Position numbers and translations under genes: made by a program. Below, in pieces: positions 37,148 through 49,413 of a stretch of 64,000 bases of DNA. Location: assembly GCA_965153285.1 (NCBI GenBank), contig OZ229111.1. The stretch is one strand, 5' to 3'. The notes under the pieces are model-generated. The model did no database searches and had not been told where the DNA came from. It saw only the letters and a list, made by a program, of their open reading frames with translations. Origin of the DNA: Podarcis tiliguerta. Lineage: Eukaryota. Numbering within the stretch: the stretch's first letter is position 1; each line of letters begins with the position of its first letter.

Positions 37148-37523
37148 GAGAGCCCTACCTTTCAACCCCCCGCAAACATTTTCTTTGGGGAGCCGGATGG
37201 GAAAATCGACTCACTGCTTGGCACGTTGAGGACGGACATGTGTTGGTCTATGCAAACCTTTAAGCAACCTCCCCCAACTCACCGGTGGGGTGCTGCTGAG
37301 GTTGATGTGCCCTATGGGCAGCACTGGCTGCAGGACTGGAATCTGCCTGAAGAGAGGAGGGACAGACAGGAAGATACTGATGCAGAGGGCCTTTCCTCAG
37401 CGCCTCAGATACACTTTTGCTTTTATTTGAGAACTATTTTCAGCACCTTATTTGCACTATGTTGCTCTACTTTATACCCACCTTTTAATCATTGCCCATG
37501 GGGCACCTTTGCAGAGATGTTTT

Positions 37524-37529
37524 AATAAA
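37524..37529 (+). terminator. Polyadenylation signal of LSMEM2
   Basis: First AATAAA after the stop codon. Confidence 0.55.
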
Positions 37530-40270
37530 TGATGATGAAACTCACAGGCTTCCTTTGCCAAGCTGTGCTTCTCTCTTCAGCTGATCAGCATAAAATCTGC
37601 CCAGGCTCTATCTGGTGAAGAAGGACCGTCGGCCTACAAACTAGGCTTGGAGCAGAGCAGAAGGAACCCTTGTGTTCTCTCAGGCTGCTAAAACAGAAGC
37701 AGCTCGAACTACCTATGTCAAACCTCTCTGCAGCCACAATACCTTGCTTTTGTTGAACAATTACATGTAAATGTGACATATGAGCCTGTCCTTTCCTTAA
37801 TTAGTGCCTAATTCCTGCCCCCCCGCACTCGACAGTGCACAGGATTCCCGATACTCGTTTTTCAAGACCGTTTCTGAAGGAAAAAAACGGGTGTATGGTC
37901 CCAATCTGTTCTTCAAGGCAGCTAGATTTTATTTTAAAACAAAAAGGGATAGCTGAAATTATCCGAATTCTACACTCTGATTCTAACTACAGTCATAGCA
38001 ATGCAGACATGTAGACTCCCTGTTTTGATGCACCAGCCCCAAAGTTCACAACTGAACCCGGAGTAAAAAGAATGGCAGGAAGCCAGCAGCAGAATCCCAG
38101 GTGGCCCAACCACAAGAGTTAGGACAACCCTTCAGTTTGGCACTAGGCAAGGGCAAATCCTCTTGAGCAATTGCTTTCTGGGAACAACTACTCAAGATGT
38201 CTTGCGATATGGGGGTACATATCACATGGTAAGTACCGTAAGTCGCTTGGAGACCTTCAGATCGCAAGCGACTAACAAACCTAATAAATAATAATAATAA
38301 TGCATGAATTCATTGTACAGATCTGCACAACTCAGCTGGAGTCGGAGAATGTATGGGAAGGAAAGGCACGGCACAACTCCTGAGCTGCAGGACGCACAAC
38401 AGGACACCCCTGATTAATTCTGCAAATATCTATGAAGCTTGCAACTCTTGAACCCCCAGACATAAGTTCTATGCCCATACACCACTGCTGATGAGGTCAT
38501 GTCAATAGGAATATGGCTTTTCACCTACCACTTTATGTTTAATATTTGCTCTTGATTTAAAGCCAAATAGGCCAACGTGGGCATTTTCTCCTGACAACAC
38601 TATGAAAGTGAGGCAATGTGTTTCAGAGATCAACAGAGGAAGGTACCAGGAGATAACACGTACTTTCCATTATTTGTGATGACAAAATCCCCCAAAATAC
38701 ATTACAGAGAAGCCAAATGAGGGAAGCAAAATGGTGAGCAGCAGTTCTTCATACTGCCAGATTCCTCCATTTGCTGATTTCCTGGTACTCAAGTGCAAGG
38801 CTAGGATTCTGTGCAAGTGAGCACTGCACAAACACAGACTAACTTTAGGCACAGAATTCAACCTCCTAAGAATATGTAGAAGTATGTGAATGAAAGAGAA
38901 GAGCACAAGCATAGTATATATTTATACAGGATCTGATCCAAACTAAGTTAGTTTCACCTAAGCCGCGCTGAAATCAGTGGAAACATAATACAACTAGCTG
39001 GTCCAGATCACTCCTATTATATATTAATCTGGATATCAATCTTTACAGCTGCACAAAAGAGGAAGCACGTAGACCATGTTTTGCAAAAAATGATGAGGGA
39101 TAGCAAGAATTGCAGCTGTCAAAGTAATGGGGCCCCTGTATAGCTCACCACCACCACCACATAGCAGACTTAAAATAAATTATGCAATATATGCTTACAG
39201 AATTCAGCTTTCTGAAGGCAGGAGGGCCCACTGAGCAGAGCAAAGCACCACACACCAACTTTACACCAGCCAAATAAGCCACAGGACCCTTCTCCTACAA
39301 CAGGGGAAGATGCCCCACTATGAAGAGGAGCTTTGCCAGGATGGCCAGAGGACAGGCCCTTTCTTTGCCGTGAGGCTTTTGCTGGCTTTTCATTCTGCCA
39401 TCAAAGAAGGAGAAAAGAGAAGCAGCAGCCATGCAAGTGCGGAGCAAAACTGAGTGTTATAATCAGGTGAGAGAACAGAATTAAAGACAGTGTTGGGCAG
39501 GGTGTCCTAGAGAGGCTGCGAAAAACAGCAGCTGCATGAGCAGAGAAGAGGTACAGCCCCTTTCATGGTGCTGTCAGCCCAGCCTTTAATAAACAACCAC
39601 ACTGGTTTCTAGTGTACATTTCATTCAACCCAAAGGCAAAGTATCTTCAACACCGGAGGGGAAGAACCCAAGGCACCAAACCTCAAGCCGGTACTTTCGC
39701 CACCTCCATTCTGGACAACTGCAGTCTTTAGCCTTACAACTAAGCCAGCCTCCTGCCCTGGGTACCTCACTGGAAGTTCTCACCGCGGAAGGGGGTGGGA
39801 AGACCTAGTCCTTGATTTCACTGCGCACACTGCAACGGCAACTGCAGGATGTGTTCAGCATCAGAGACAGGGGGAAAGATGGGGCTTTTAGAAAAAAGAA
39901 TCACTGGCTTAAAAAAGCAGTGGGGAGAAAAAATAAGCCTCCCCAATACCCAACCTCGCTTAGATTTTTTTTTTTGGTTAAAAAAATAAAAATGGCACCT
40001 GCCCATTGCCACCCCGCCACGATTCAAACATTCGAGACATTTAAATATTATTCTGTACATATATAAAAGCCCCCAGACAATGGTGGGGGAGCAGAGGGGG
40101 GCATGGCACAAGCCCAGCTTTCGTAAAGAGCGAAGGCAACAGGGCTCCTTTGCCGCAGGCTCTCCCTCCACCCACAAGGTTCACAGTGTTCCAGGTCTGT
40201 AGCGCATTGGCTTGTACGGAAGGCGGCAGCAGCAGCAGCAGCAAGAGGAGGAGGAGGAAACAAGCCTCCC

Positions 40271-40351
40271 TCAAAGGACGTCGGCTCGCTTATCTCGAAC
40301 ACGGCTCCTTGCTTTCGTCCGGGCCTTGAAAGCAGCCGAGTTGTAGAGGTG
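40271..40351 (-). CDS. IFRD2: IFRD2 exon 12
   Basis: HLYNSAAFKARTKARSRVRDKRADVL*, the conserved IFRD C-terminus. Confidence 0.96.
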   Translation of the reverse strand, partial: HLYNSAAFKARTKARSRVRDKRADVL

Positions 40352-40867
40352 CTGGTGGGGATGCAGAAAGAGAAAAGAAAGAGATACAGAGGGGGAAATT
40401 AGCTGAGGGAATATCAGAAAAACTCTGCCAAATCAGACCAAAAGACACATGTAGTCCAACATTGCATCTGCAGAAGTTGCTAGCCATGCCTCAGGGGCAT
40501 GGGCCCCCTCTCCTTCCCCCCCAGCACCTGGTTTTATTATATTACATTCACACACACCCCTCACCCGCTGCCTAAAACACACACATTTACTGGTTTCCAC
40601 ATGTCACCTCCACACCATCTGAAGACTTGCATTTCAGCCATAATCTGGCTTTGCCACTGCACATTTCTCTAGAGGGCCAGAGTGGTCACATAACCTAAAG
40701 GTTGTTACTAGGAAATAGGCTATCTATGGCAAGCTGCCATTGGTGGGGAAAGATGCACACAGGTTTGCTGGTGTTGTAGGGAAGAAAAAAAACATTGAAA
40801 CTTAACAAAGCAAAGCAAAGCAAGGGAGCTAACGGTAGCAGAAATACTAGGAGCACCGCTGACGTAC

Positions 40868-40963
40868 CTTCTCAAAACGTGATATCTTGCTGGCTTTAAT
40901 AGCCGCAGCATCCAGCACTAGCGGGGGGCCCAGCTCAAATATCTCACGCAGGAGCTCGTTGTT
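40868..40963 (-). CDS. IFRD2: IFRD2 exon 11
   Basis: NNELLREIFELGPPLVLDAAAIKASKISRFEK; AG/GT, phase 0/0. Confidence 0.95.
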
Positions 40964-41090
40964 CTGTGGGCAAGACAACAACACCCATTAGGTGGGAAAT
41001 CTCGGAACTGAGGGAGCAGCAGCCCAGGTAGGCCAGCACAAAGGCAAGGAATAAACCTTATGAGCCCCACGTGGACTCTTCTGCCCTTAC

Positions 41091-41219
41091 CTGAAGGTGG
41101 TGTCTGACCCCAGAGCCAAGAGCCTCTTTGAAGGCATTGTATGTTCTCCTCCTTGCCCAGCTGTCCACATACATACACTCCAGTCCAAACTTGATCGTCT
41201 CCTCATGGCACTCCCCATT
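41091..41219 (-). CDS. IFRD2: IFRD2 exon 10
   Basis: NGECHEETIKFGLECMYVDSWARRRTYNAFKEALGSGVRHHLQ. Confidence 0.95.
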
Positions 41220-41835
41220 CTGGAGCAGGGAAGAAAAGGCAGCTGGAGACTCCGTAGAGAAAGAGAGAGCGGAAGTTCATCTCACCCCACATCTCACCAG
41301 CAAAGCTCAGCACCATGTTGTCTCTCTTACTGCTTAAAAGTGGCAGCTTCATGGACGCTACTTCACAGCAGGAGAAAGCCACTCACAGGCATTTCATGCA
41401 AGCACCAGCACTACCCCAGTGCCTACCACAGAGAGTTTCATGGATACTATGTCCTGGAAAGCAGGACAGCAGAGCTGCCCTAAGTGCTCACAGAGAAAAC
41501 CCTCTACTGACAGGCTCCCTTTCCAGGAACAAGAGGATAAGCCCAGAGCTTTAATCTGAGACCGATTTTGAACACCAGGTCATAAGCTTGGAACACGTGA
41601 AACCTTATGGGGGCAAAAAAAAGAGGAGAATGCCTCTTAAACATGCACAGAGTGCATTTTTCCTCAGAATAGTCGCAGCCTGTGCATCACAAAGCTGGAG
41701 TTAAAGGAGTGCAATTCTATAAAGGCCCTCAAGTCCCTGCGCCTTGTTCTTCTGGAAAATCTAATGGTTGAAGCAATGCGGAGGGAGGAGCCCTCATCTG
41801 AACTAGGCAAGGGCGGCATGAGCCAGGCAAGGCAC

Positions 41836-41973
41836 CTCAATGAAATGCAGCACATCGCGGAAGATGGAGCGCTGCTTGCGCCGGTCGGTCTTGGCTCTGT
41901 ACTTGTTGCTGTCTGTGGCCAGGGCTTTCAGTTTTGTGCAGAGCAGGTCAGTGTCTTCATAAAAGAAATCCTC
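41836..41973 (-). CDS. IFRD2: IFRD2 exon 9
   Basis: EDFFYEDTDLLCTKLKALATDSNKYRAKTDRRKQRSIFRDVLHFIE. Confidence 0.95.
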
Positions 41974-42749
41974 CTATGGCAAAAAAAGGAGATGAACGGT
42001 GTCAGGCAGAAGCTTCAACTTGCAGGCAGCGAGAGGTGCAGAAGGATAGAGAGGCCACAGCTCTTTCCCTAGTTTTACCTTTTGTATCTGTATCTCACAA
42101 CTCCTCCCGGAAACTCTCTGTGGTCTGAAATGGGGCTCCCGACACCTGCTGTCCAGGCATGTACTTTTATCAGTCTTTTATCAGTCCACATCCACTTAAG
42201 GAATAGGATCCTATGCCTCAGATGTAGGGATCTGAGGAATTCAATTCCTGTGAATTCCACTGCAAGCCAACGTGACTCCCTGGACTAATGTGTAGTTTGG
42301 AAATTAGTTTACTGTTAGGATTTCACACTTATGAATTTTGCAATTCAATGCTCAGTTTAAAAAAACAGCAACAATGTGCTGACATACATTTAGAAAATGT
42401 ATATTTTAGGATAAAAGGAGTGTTTTGCAATAAAAAGATGGCTGCAGAAACAATACGAAACAACTCATGAATATGTGCAAAATGGACAAAAAAAATAGAC
42501 TGACCCACCCTTTTCTTGTATAGATTCACAAATTTTGAGTGGGACAGCATTTTACTCAAGATTAAATTTTCTAAGGCAGTCTTTTATCAACACAAAGTCA
42601 AAGGAGATTGCAGGGTTATCATATCCTAAGACACTAAGAGCGAGTGTGTGTGTTTGTGCGCACACAGGGAATGAAACTTGGAAGTTGATAAGATTTGGAA
42701 TTGCTGTCAAGACTATTATTTTCTTCACCGGGTCTTCCAACCAGCTTGC

Positions 42750-42838
42750 AGGCTTCCCATATGCATCTGGTTGGCTACTGTGAGAACAGGAGGCTGGAGT
42801 AGATGGGCCATTGACCTGATGCAGAAGGGATTTTCTTA
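42750..42838 (+). mobile_element. Short retroposon (CR1-like tail) fragment; opposite-orientation copies at 42891-42966 and 43248-43336
   Basis: Its reverse complement aligns to 43248-43336 with about 16 mismatches in 89 nt (manual count). Confidence 0.7.
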
Positions 42839-43112
42839 AGTCGCCCCCCCCCCCAGCTTATTGGCCAAGGCCTCAGGGGCCACAAGAACCCAAGATGAGC
42901 CTTGCTGGACCAAACCAAAGGCCTATCTAGTTCGGCAACCTGTTTCTCACAATGGGCAATCACAGGGCTCTGTGATACGAAGGCAGCAGATGTTTCTGCT
43001 CCCCAGAAGCTGGCGTTATTGCCTCCAATATTGCCTCCAATAGAGAATGGTCACAAGCACAAGAGGGACTTCACATGTGTGCATGCAAGTATCAGCAAGT
43101 GCTATATCCTAC

Positions 43113-43218
43113 CTCCATGTCTCGAGCCAGTTCAAAGAGCAGTGCAATCGTTTCCCCTGCCACAATCCGAAGGTTGACGTTATCACTGGACAGCATCAGA
43201 GGCAACTTGGGTAAGTGA
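43113..43218 (-). CDS. IFRD2: IFRD2 exon 8
   Basis: HLPKLPLMLSSDNVNLRIVAGETIALLFELARDME; phase 2/0. Confidence 0.95.
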
Positions 43219-43418
43219 CTGTAGAAGGAGAGTACAAGGTAAGAATGTAAGAACAGCCCTGCTTGATCAGGCAAGTGGCCCATCTAGTCCAGCATCCTGG
43301 TCTCACAGTGGCCAACCAGATGCCCGTGGGAAGCCCCTTCCCCATTCTGATCATCAAGCCCACAGTGTGGGGAAGCTACTTCCTCACCTCTTTCCCCGCA
43401 CTCAATCTCAACACTCAC

Positions 43419-43600
43419 TTGTCCAGGATCTTCTTGATCTGGGTGCTTGGGCAGATGGTGAGGAGCAGAGACCATGACTGGAGTGCATTGCAATGCAAGG
43501 TCTGGAGCAGAGGACTGTGATGAGAGGGCACCAAGCTGGCATCCGTGCTGCAGGAACTGCCAAAGATGCCTTCTAGGCAGGCAAGACAGGAAACCAAGTC
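43419..43600 (-). CDS. IFRD2: IFRD2 exon 7
   Basis: DLVSCLACLEGIF...ALQSWSLLLTICPSTQIKKILD; phase 0/2. Confidence 0.95.
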
Positions 43601-44455
43601 CTGGAAGGGGTGGGAAGTGATCAGTCAGTTCTCACAGAAACAATAAGAGAAACTAAAAAAGGATACAATAAACCAGAAGAGTATCTAAGTTTCTGGGTGA
43701 ACTACGCTGGGGCTTCAGGGTGGCACATAATCTGGGTTCACATTACACTGGCAATCAACTCTGAGGGAGCCAGGTTTGCCAATGCAGGAAAGTTGGGTAG
43801 ATTGCAGCCCTAAAGTTCAATGACACCCAAAGTGCTTTTTCTTGTTCTCTATTATTCTAGAAATGAAATGCACACCCCAAAGCATTTACAGTATGTGCTT
43901 TCCCCTTGTAAATCTGTTAAGTATTCCTGCGCATGAAGAATGAGTCCATTTTGGTGAATGAAGCCTTAAACCACCAGTTTCAACTTGAATAGGTCAGTCC
44001 AGCTACGGCCATGTCCTAATGCAGAGAGCAGCTCATCTTAGTCCCACCTCTCTGGGCTGATCCAAAAGGAACTGACTCTACCTGTAGTGAGGTGGCCAGT
44101 CCTCTGTGTAGCTACAAAAGCAATAGCTAAGCGGTATACCAGAGAAGCAGCATGGGATAAAAACTGTGGGTGGAAAAACCAGGAGCTATTTAATCAGAAG
44201 GGACTATGGAAGAGTCTCAATAGACTGAGTTATGCAAGGAATCTCTAGTCAAGGGGCTGTTTCTCAATGCAAAATGAATGGCTTCCCTAAAACACTTAAG
44301 GGGATCAATACTAGGCTAACCACTTTTCAGAAAGTAACAAATACTCTCTGAAACAATTTGAGGAGAGCAAGGTGGAGTCGGGCACTCTTACAACTAATCT
44401 AGACCTGACAAACTCCAAGGATCAGTATTCAAAGACAGGGTGTTGACACTCTAGT

Positions 44456-44701
44456 CATGAGTAGACAAACTAAGGCCCGGGGGCTGGATCCAGCCCAATC
44501 ACCTAAATCCGGCCCATGGACGGTCAGGGACTCAGCATGTTTTTACATGAGCAGAATGTGTCCTTTTATTTAAAATGCATTTCTGGGTTATTTGTGGGGC
44601 ACAGGAATTCGGTCATCCGCCCCCAAAAAATATAGTCCGGCCCTCCACAAGATCTGAGGGACAGTGGACCGGCCCCCTGCTGAAAAGGTTTGCTGACCCT
44701 G
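44456..44701 (+). mobile_element. hAT (Charlie-like) MITE, short relative of 52566-53341
   Basis: Ends CATGAGTAGACAAACTAAGGCCC / GCTGAAAAGGTTTGCTGACCCTG shared with the 52566 element. Confidence 0.75.
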
Positions 44702-44801
44702 CCTGGCTACTACTACACCACCCCATACAGGAGGGGAGGGAGATCTAGGTTCTTGCTTCACTGGCTACCGCCTGTCAAGTTAAAGCATTAGTGTAAGTTA
44801 C

Positions 44802-44852
44802 CTCCATGTCTGCAGCAGCGATGTAGCAGCACATCCCAAGAGCAGTGGCACA
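44802..44852 (-). CDS. IFRD2: IFRD2 exon 6
   Basis: CATALGMCCYIAAADME; 51 nt. Confidence 0.93.
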
Positions 44853-45008
44853 CTACCGGGGGAGATGGAAGAGAAAAAGGAAGACACCACAAGGCAACGT
44901 CAAAGCCATTCCAAGTAGCCATTTTAAGAAACCATTTCCCAGAGTGCCCAGTAGCATCTCCCTCCCACAAGATTTCCTCCGAGGCAGAAAAAAAGAAGTG
45001 CTACTCAC

Positions 45009-45166
45009 ACTTTGCCGAGCAACTGGGCTGGCCGAGGAGTCTGTGAGGATGGTGGTGAGGAGGGGCTTCAGGCTGCGGAACACCTCCTCCCCCTCGGGCC
45101 CCGAGCCCATCTGAAGGCACAGTAGTGTCAGGACAGTAGCAGCAAGGGACTGCTCCTCCCCTTTAC
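45009..45166 (-). CDS. IFRD2: IFRD2 exon 5
   Basis: GKGEEQSLAATVLTLLCLQMGSGPEGEEVFRSLKPLLTTILTDSSASPVARQS. Confidence 0.95.
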
Positions 45167-46220
45167 CTGAGAGGAGGAAGAGAATAAGCTGCCTTTCCCT
45201 CTCATGCAAAATATTCAAAACAGCACTAGTCATGTGCAAGAGAGCAGGGAACATGGGGCAGTTATGAAACTTAGAATTGCGGGGGCACAGAGCACCAGAA
45301 GCGGCATCTTTTCCGCCCTGGCACAGTACTGTCTCACAATATTCCAAAGCGGTTTTAAAGGCAAAAGGCTGCCTACAGGATATAGAACTGGGACAAAGAT
45401 GCTGCGGCCCTCCAGATGTTGTCTGACTACAACTCCTATCATCACCGACCATCGGCCATGTTGGCTGAGGCTGATGGGAGTTGTAGCCCAATATCTGGGA
45501 GGGTTGTAATGACTCACCATCTCTGATGCAGAGGGTATTTCAAAGGCAACATCAAGAGGGCAGGCAAGAAGCACGCAAGTTGTTAAAATGAACATAGAGA
45601 AGTAAAGCTCTATCCCTTTGCCATATAACAATGGAGATGTCACAGAAACCTACCAGTCCTTCACAGATGGGAGAATGGCAGCACTAACATGCCTCATTTT
45701 GTGAGAGAGCCAGGAAGCCTTGGTTCAAAATTCACAGTAAACCTGGGGCGAGTTGCAGTCGCCCTCTGCTTGTACTAGTAACAAGGAGATTATCACACTA
45801 GCCTATCTTATAAGGTGGTTGTTAACGATATATGAAAACTTATGTGGAAATGTTTACATTAGCCGCTCAGAGTGGCTGGGGAAGTCCAGCCAGATGAGAG
45901 GGGTATAAATAATAAATTACTATTATTATTATTCATCAAATATGGTAACCTCACAATCTTTATGCTTGACAGAAGTATCAAATGACAAAAGGACAATAAA
46001 AATGACCAGAAGCTACCTTATTTAGAAAAGTATGAAACTGCCAACACAATCCACCCAAACCACTTTCATGCCCAGTTGTTTTCGGTGGGAGAGATTTAAT
46101 TAAAGCAGGCGCTCATTTCTCCTGCTGAAACCAAATGGGACTTGGAAGTGCTTTGGTTAGGCTGGATCAACTCTGTCTGTATTAAATAATGGTGCTGTAC
46201 TAAAGGTTGCAGAGACCCAC

Positions 46221-46345
46221 CTTTCTTCAGGCACTTCTCTAAGGAGTCTGTGACGGTGAGCCTGCGTTCCAACAGAAAGTCAAAGAGCGTCTTGGAGGAG
46301 AAGGCCAGTCGCAGGCTCTCTAGAGCAACCTGCCGTGTCTTGGCA
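46221..46345 (-). CDS. IFRD2: IFRD2 exon 4
   Basis: SAKTRQVALESLRLAFSSKTLFDFLLERRLTVTDSLEKCLKK. Confidence 0.95.
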
Positions 46346-47194
46346 CTGGAAAGATGTCAGAAAGAGAGAGATGGGAGTCATAACAAGAGCCATGCAAGAG
46401 CCTCACAACAATCCAAGTTCAGTGCCAAATAAAGCCAGCTCGCTCAGATTTACTTCAGCTTTCTGAACAGTTCAGCAAATTCTTCACCTGCTACAATATT
46501 CCTACTGATTCAGTGTGAATCAGTATGCACTCTGACCTGCACAAGAGACATACCTTTTTTTGACTGGGGGAGGGCAGTGTGTACATAGCTCTGCGGCTCA
46601 GAACCAACCGCTTCTGCATATCAGGAAATACACCAGAGGTATACATGATATATCCCAGTGTGCACCTCCTAATAATTCCATGGTGTGACAGAGATCAGAA
46701 CGCAGGCTAAGTCAATGATGTTCTGTGGACTGTGCAGACCACCACCCCAGTTCAGAAGTTGACTCTGAATAATCGAGGCTGCATGGCCAGAAGGGCAGCG
46801 GTAATTCATACGGTTGTAGTGAGAAGTGCCAAGTGCTGTGTGCACTTCTGCCAAGTTCTTCTCAATGGAGCTGCACCCAGCCTATCCCGGTTGGCAGCTT
46901 GCCACTGAAGCAGTCTGTATGCTAACAGGGAACACAGTTCTCTGACCGCCGCCTCTTAGGCAGCCCAAGTGATGAGTGTTATGTTTCTGTACGTATGAGC
47001 AGGCTTGGAGGAATCAGAACTACTTTCCAGAATTAAAAGTAACTTTTGGGAGGGAAAACTTTAAAGGGGTGGGAGAAAAACAACAATAATCCAGGGAGGA
47101 CTGAGCATCCTCAGGGGGCATGGAATAAGCTTCCAGAGCCGCGGTTTGGCACAACATCTGAATTTAGCTTAAAAACAGCCGATGAGCCTCACAC

Positions 47195-47279
47195 CTCTTG
47201 TCCATCACATTGTCAATGCACTCCTTAAGTTTATCTTCCACCTCCTCTTGCTGCGCCTGCTCATCCACTGCTTCACCTC
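47195..47279 (-). CDS. IFRD2: IFRD2 exon 3
   Basis: GGEAVDEQAQQEEVEDKLKECIDNVMDK; phase 1/2. Confidence 0.93.
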
Positions 47280-48244
47280 CTGCGGGAAAACAGAAAAAAT
47301 GAGAGCAGGGGAGGAAAGTGTTAAAGTAAGATTGGACCATCCAAACCCGCAGCCTGAAGATCTTGTACCCCTAAAGAAAGGGGAACAAGGGTTGAAAGTC
47401 TGAACAGTGCCGCCAGAACTGCCAGTGGATTCTTTATCATAGAATTTCAACAGGTTTTTTGTTTGAGACGCTTGCTCAACAGGCTTTTGACCAGTCTTGA
47501 GTTATGAATTGTCCTGGCAGCTGATTTAACTGTATCAGCTCAAATACTGTAATTAATGAAGTTTTAGTAACAGCAAAAAACAACAACACACACACAACCA
47601 TTTTTTAAAACCATCCATGCTTTTAATTGCTTTGTTGAAAGCAACTCTGAGTACCAACTCGGTGGAAAAAAAATTCATACAAAGCGATGTCTCTGGAAGT
47701 GTGCCTTTTATGTGGTCACATGGTGGGGTATATCACATCCATTACAGCATCCTAAAACTCTTTATTTTGATTCTAAGACACTCCACATACCAGTTTGTTG
47801 TGTGAGGTGTTTTTTTCTCCCCCCCCCTTTTTTTTTGCAAGCTTGTGAATTCGTCTGCAGATGTTATCTGCTAATGTAATTTGCAACCCAAAATAACCAC
47901 ATTTTGTCACCTTTCCCTGTCTTATGACCTGGAGGAGATTCTAACAAACCTGAACATGTGGTGGAAGTTTTGCTAAAAAGCTCATGTATTCTCCTGTCCC
48001 CAATCTTTTTTGTAGAGCAGCAAGTCTTCCTTCTCAATGACTCCCCACCCCACACCCCAAAAATTATCACACACATGCACACATCCCTCTAAATTCTGAA
48101 GGGTGAAAAAAACATTCCAGGAAGAAAAACCACTATGTTGTGTGGAGCTTCCTGAGGTTTGAAAGTAGTGTTTACAAAATCTAAAGTTTTGCTCAATACA
48201 CAGAAGGCCAGGGTTTCCGTCTCTTAACTTCTGCCCACCCTCAC

Positions 48245-48361
48245 CTGTCACTTCTTCAGTCACACTGGTCGTCTCACTGGCGCTGCTGTAGTGACTCAGC
48301 ACTTCACTGGCTGCATCGTCATCACTGGCCTGAGACTCCATCTTTGCAATCCGGTGAGCTC
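48245..48361 (-). CDS. IFRD2: IFRD2 exon 2
   Basis: AHRIAKMESQASDDDAASEVLSHYSSASETTSVTEEVT; phase 1/1. Confidence 0.9.
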
Positions 48362-48757
48362 CTAGGAGGAAGAGAGGAGAAAAGGTCAGAACAAGTGAGA
48401 CGTTCACCTGTATGACTTGCAGGATGCACACTGTTTCCCTAGAATGCACCCTATCTGAAGAATGTGGAACATGAGACAGGGCCTTCCTTTTCCCTACCTG
48501 TGACCGAGGGGGGTTACAGATGACTATTTGCAAAGAAGGAATTTACCATGGTATGAAATCCGCCACTTAACAAGCTAAGTGCCCACTCAAAGTAGATATT
48601 TCCCACACTTCTACACCTAATCAGAAATCTTGGAAAGCAGGAGCACAGAAAGCTGCAATATACCATGTCAGACCATTGTCCTATCTAGCTCAGTGTTGTC
48701 TGCACTGATCGGCAGCTGCTCTCCAGGGTTTCAGACAGAAATCTTTCTCAGCTGGAA

Positions 48758-49028
48758 ACTGAGGTCCAGCTCTGAGGGCTTTCTGGCGGTTCCCTCACTG
48801 CGAGAAGTGAGGTTACAGGGAACCAGGCAAAGGGCCTTCTCGGTAGTGGTGCCTGCCCTGTAGAACGCCATCCCATCAGATGTCAATAAACAACTATCTG
48901 ACTTTTAAAAGACACCTGAAGGCAGCCCTGTTTAGGGAAGTTTTTAATGTCTGATGTTTTATCGTGTTTTTAATATTCTGTTGTGAGCAGCACAGATTAT
49001 TATTATCATTATTATTATTATTATTATT
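48758..49028 (+). mobile_element. L2-type LINE 3' end with (TTA)n tail, nested in an antisense SINE-like fragment (about 48645-49085)
   Basis: LRSSSEGFLAVPSLREVRLQGTRQRAFSVVVPAL resembles the L2 ORF2 C-terminus; related tails at about 8040-8125 and 45860-45932. Confidence 0.7.
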
Positions 49029-49195
49029 AGGAGATGCCAAGGATTGAACCTGAGACATATAATTACCACTAAGTTATGGCCCTTGTCTAATCTTCACCAT
49101 TTGGCAAGACAATGCCATGGAACCCATATAGATAACCATTTCTTTTACTTTGCACTTCTGCAGAAACAACTTTCTAACCATGTGCTAGGATAACA

Positions 49196-49413
49196 CAGTT
49201 GAACCTTGGCTCCCCAACGCCTTGGGAGTCGAATGTTCCAGCTCCCGAACGATCAAAAACCAGAAGTGAGTGTTCTGGTTTCCGAACTTTTTTTTAAAGC
49301 CAAACGTTTGGCACAGCTTCCGCTATTGTTTCCGGCGTGCCTGCGTTTCTGAACGTTTTGGAAGTCGAAGAGACTTCTGGAACGGATTCTGTTCGACTTC
49401 CGAGGTATGACTG
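49196..49413. mobile_element. Diverged Tigger/pogo-like MITE
   Basis: Degenerate TIRs CAGTTGAACCTTGG / CCGAGGTATGACTG followed by TA. Confidence 0.55.

Noticed and set aside
40220-40260. (CTG)n/(CCT)n triplets just after the IFRD2 stop as a read-through extension
   Set aside because: The stop context TGA-G is not a read-through motif; this is an ordinary short 3' UTR microsatellite.
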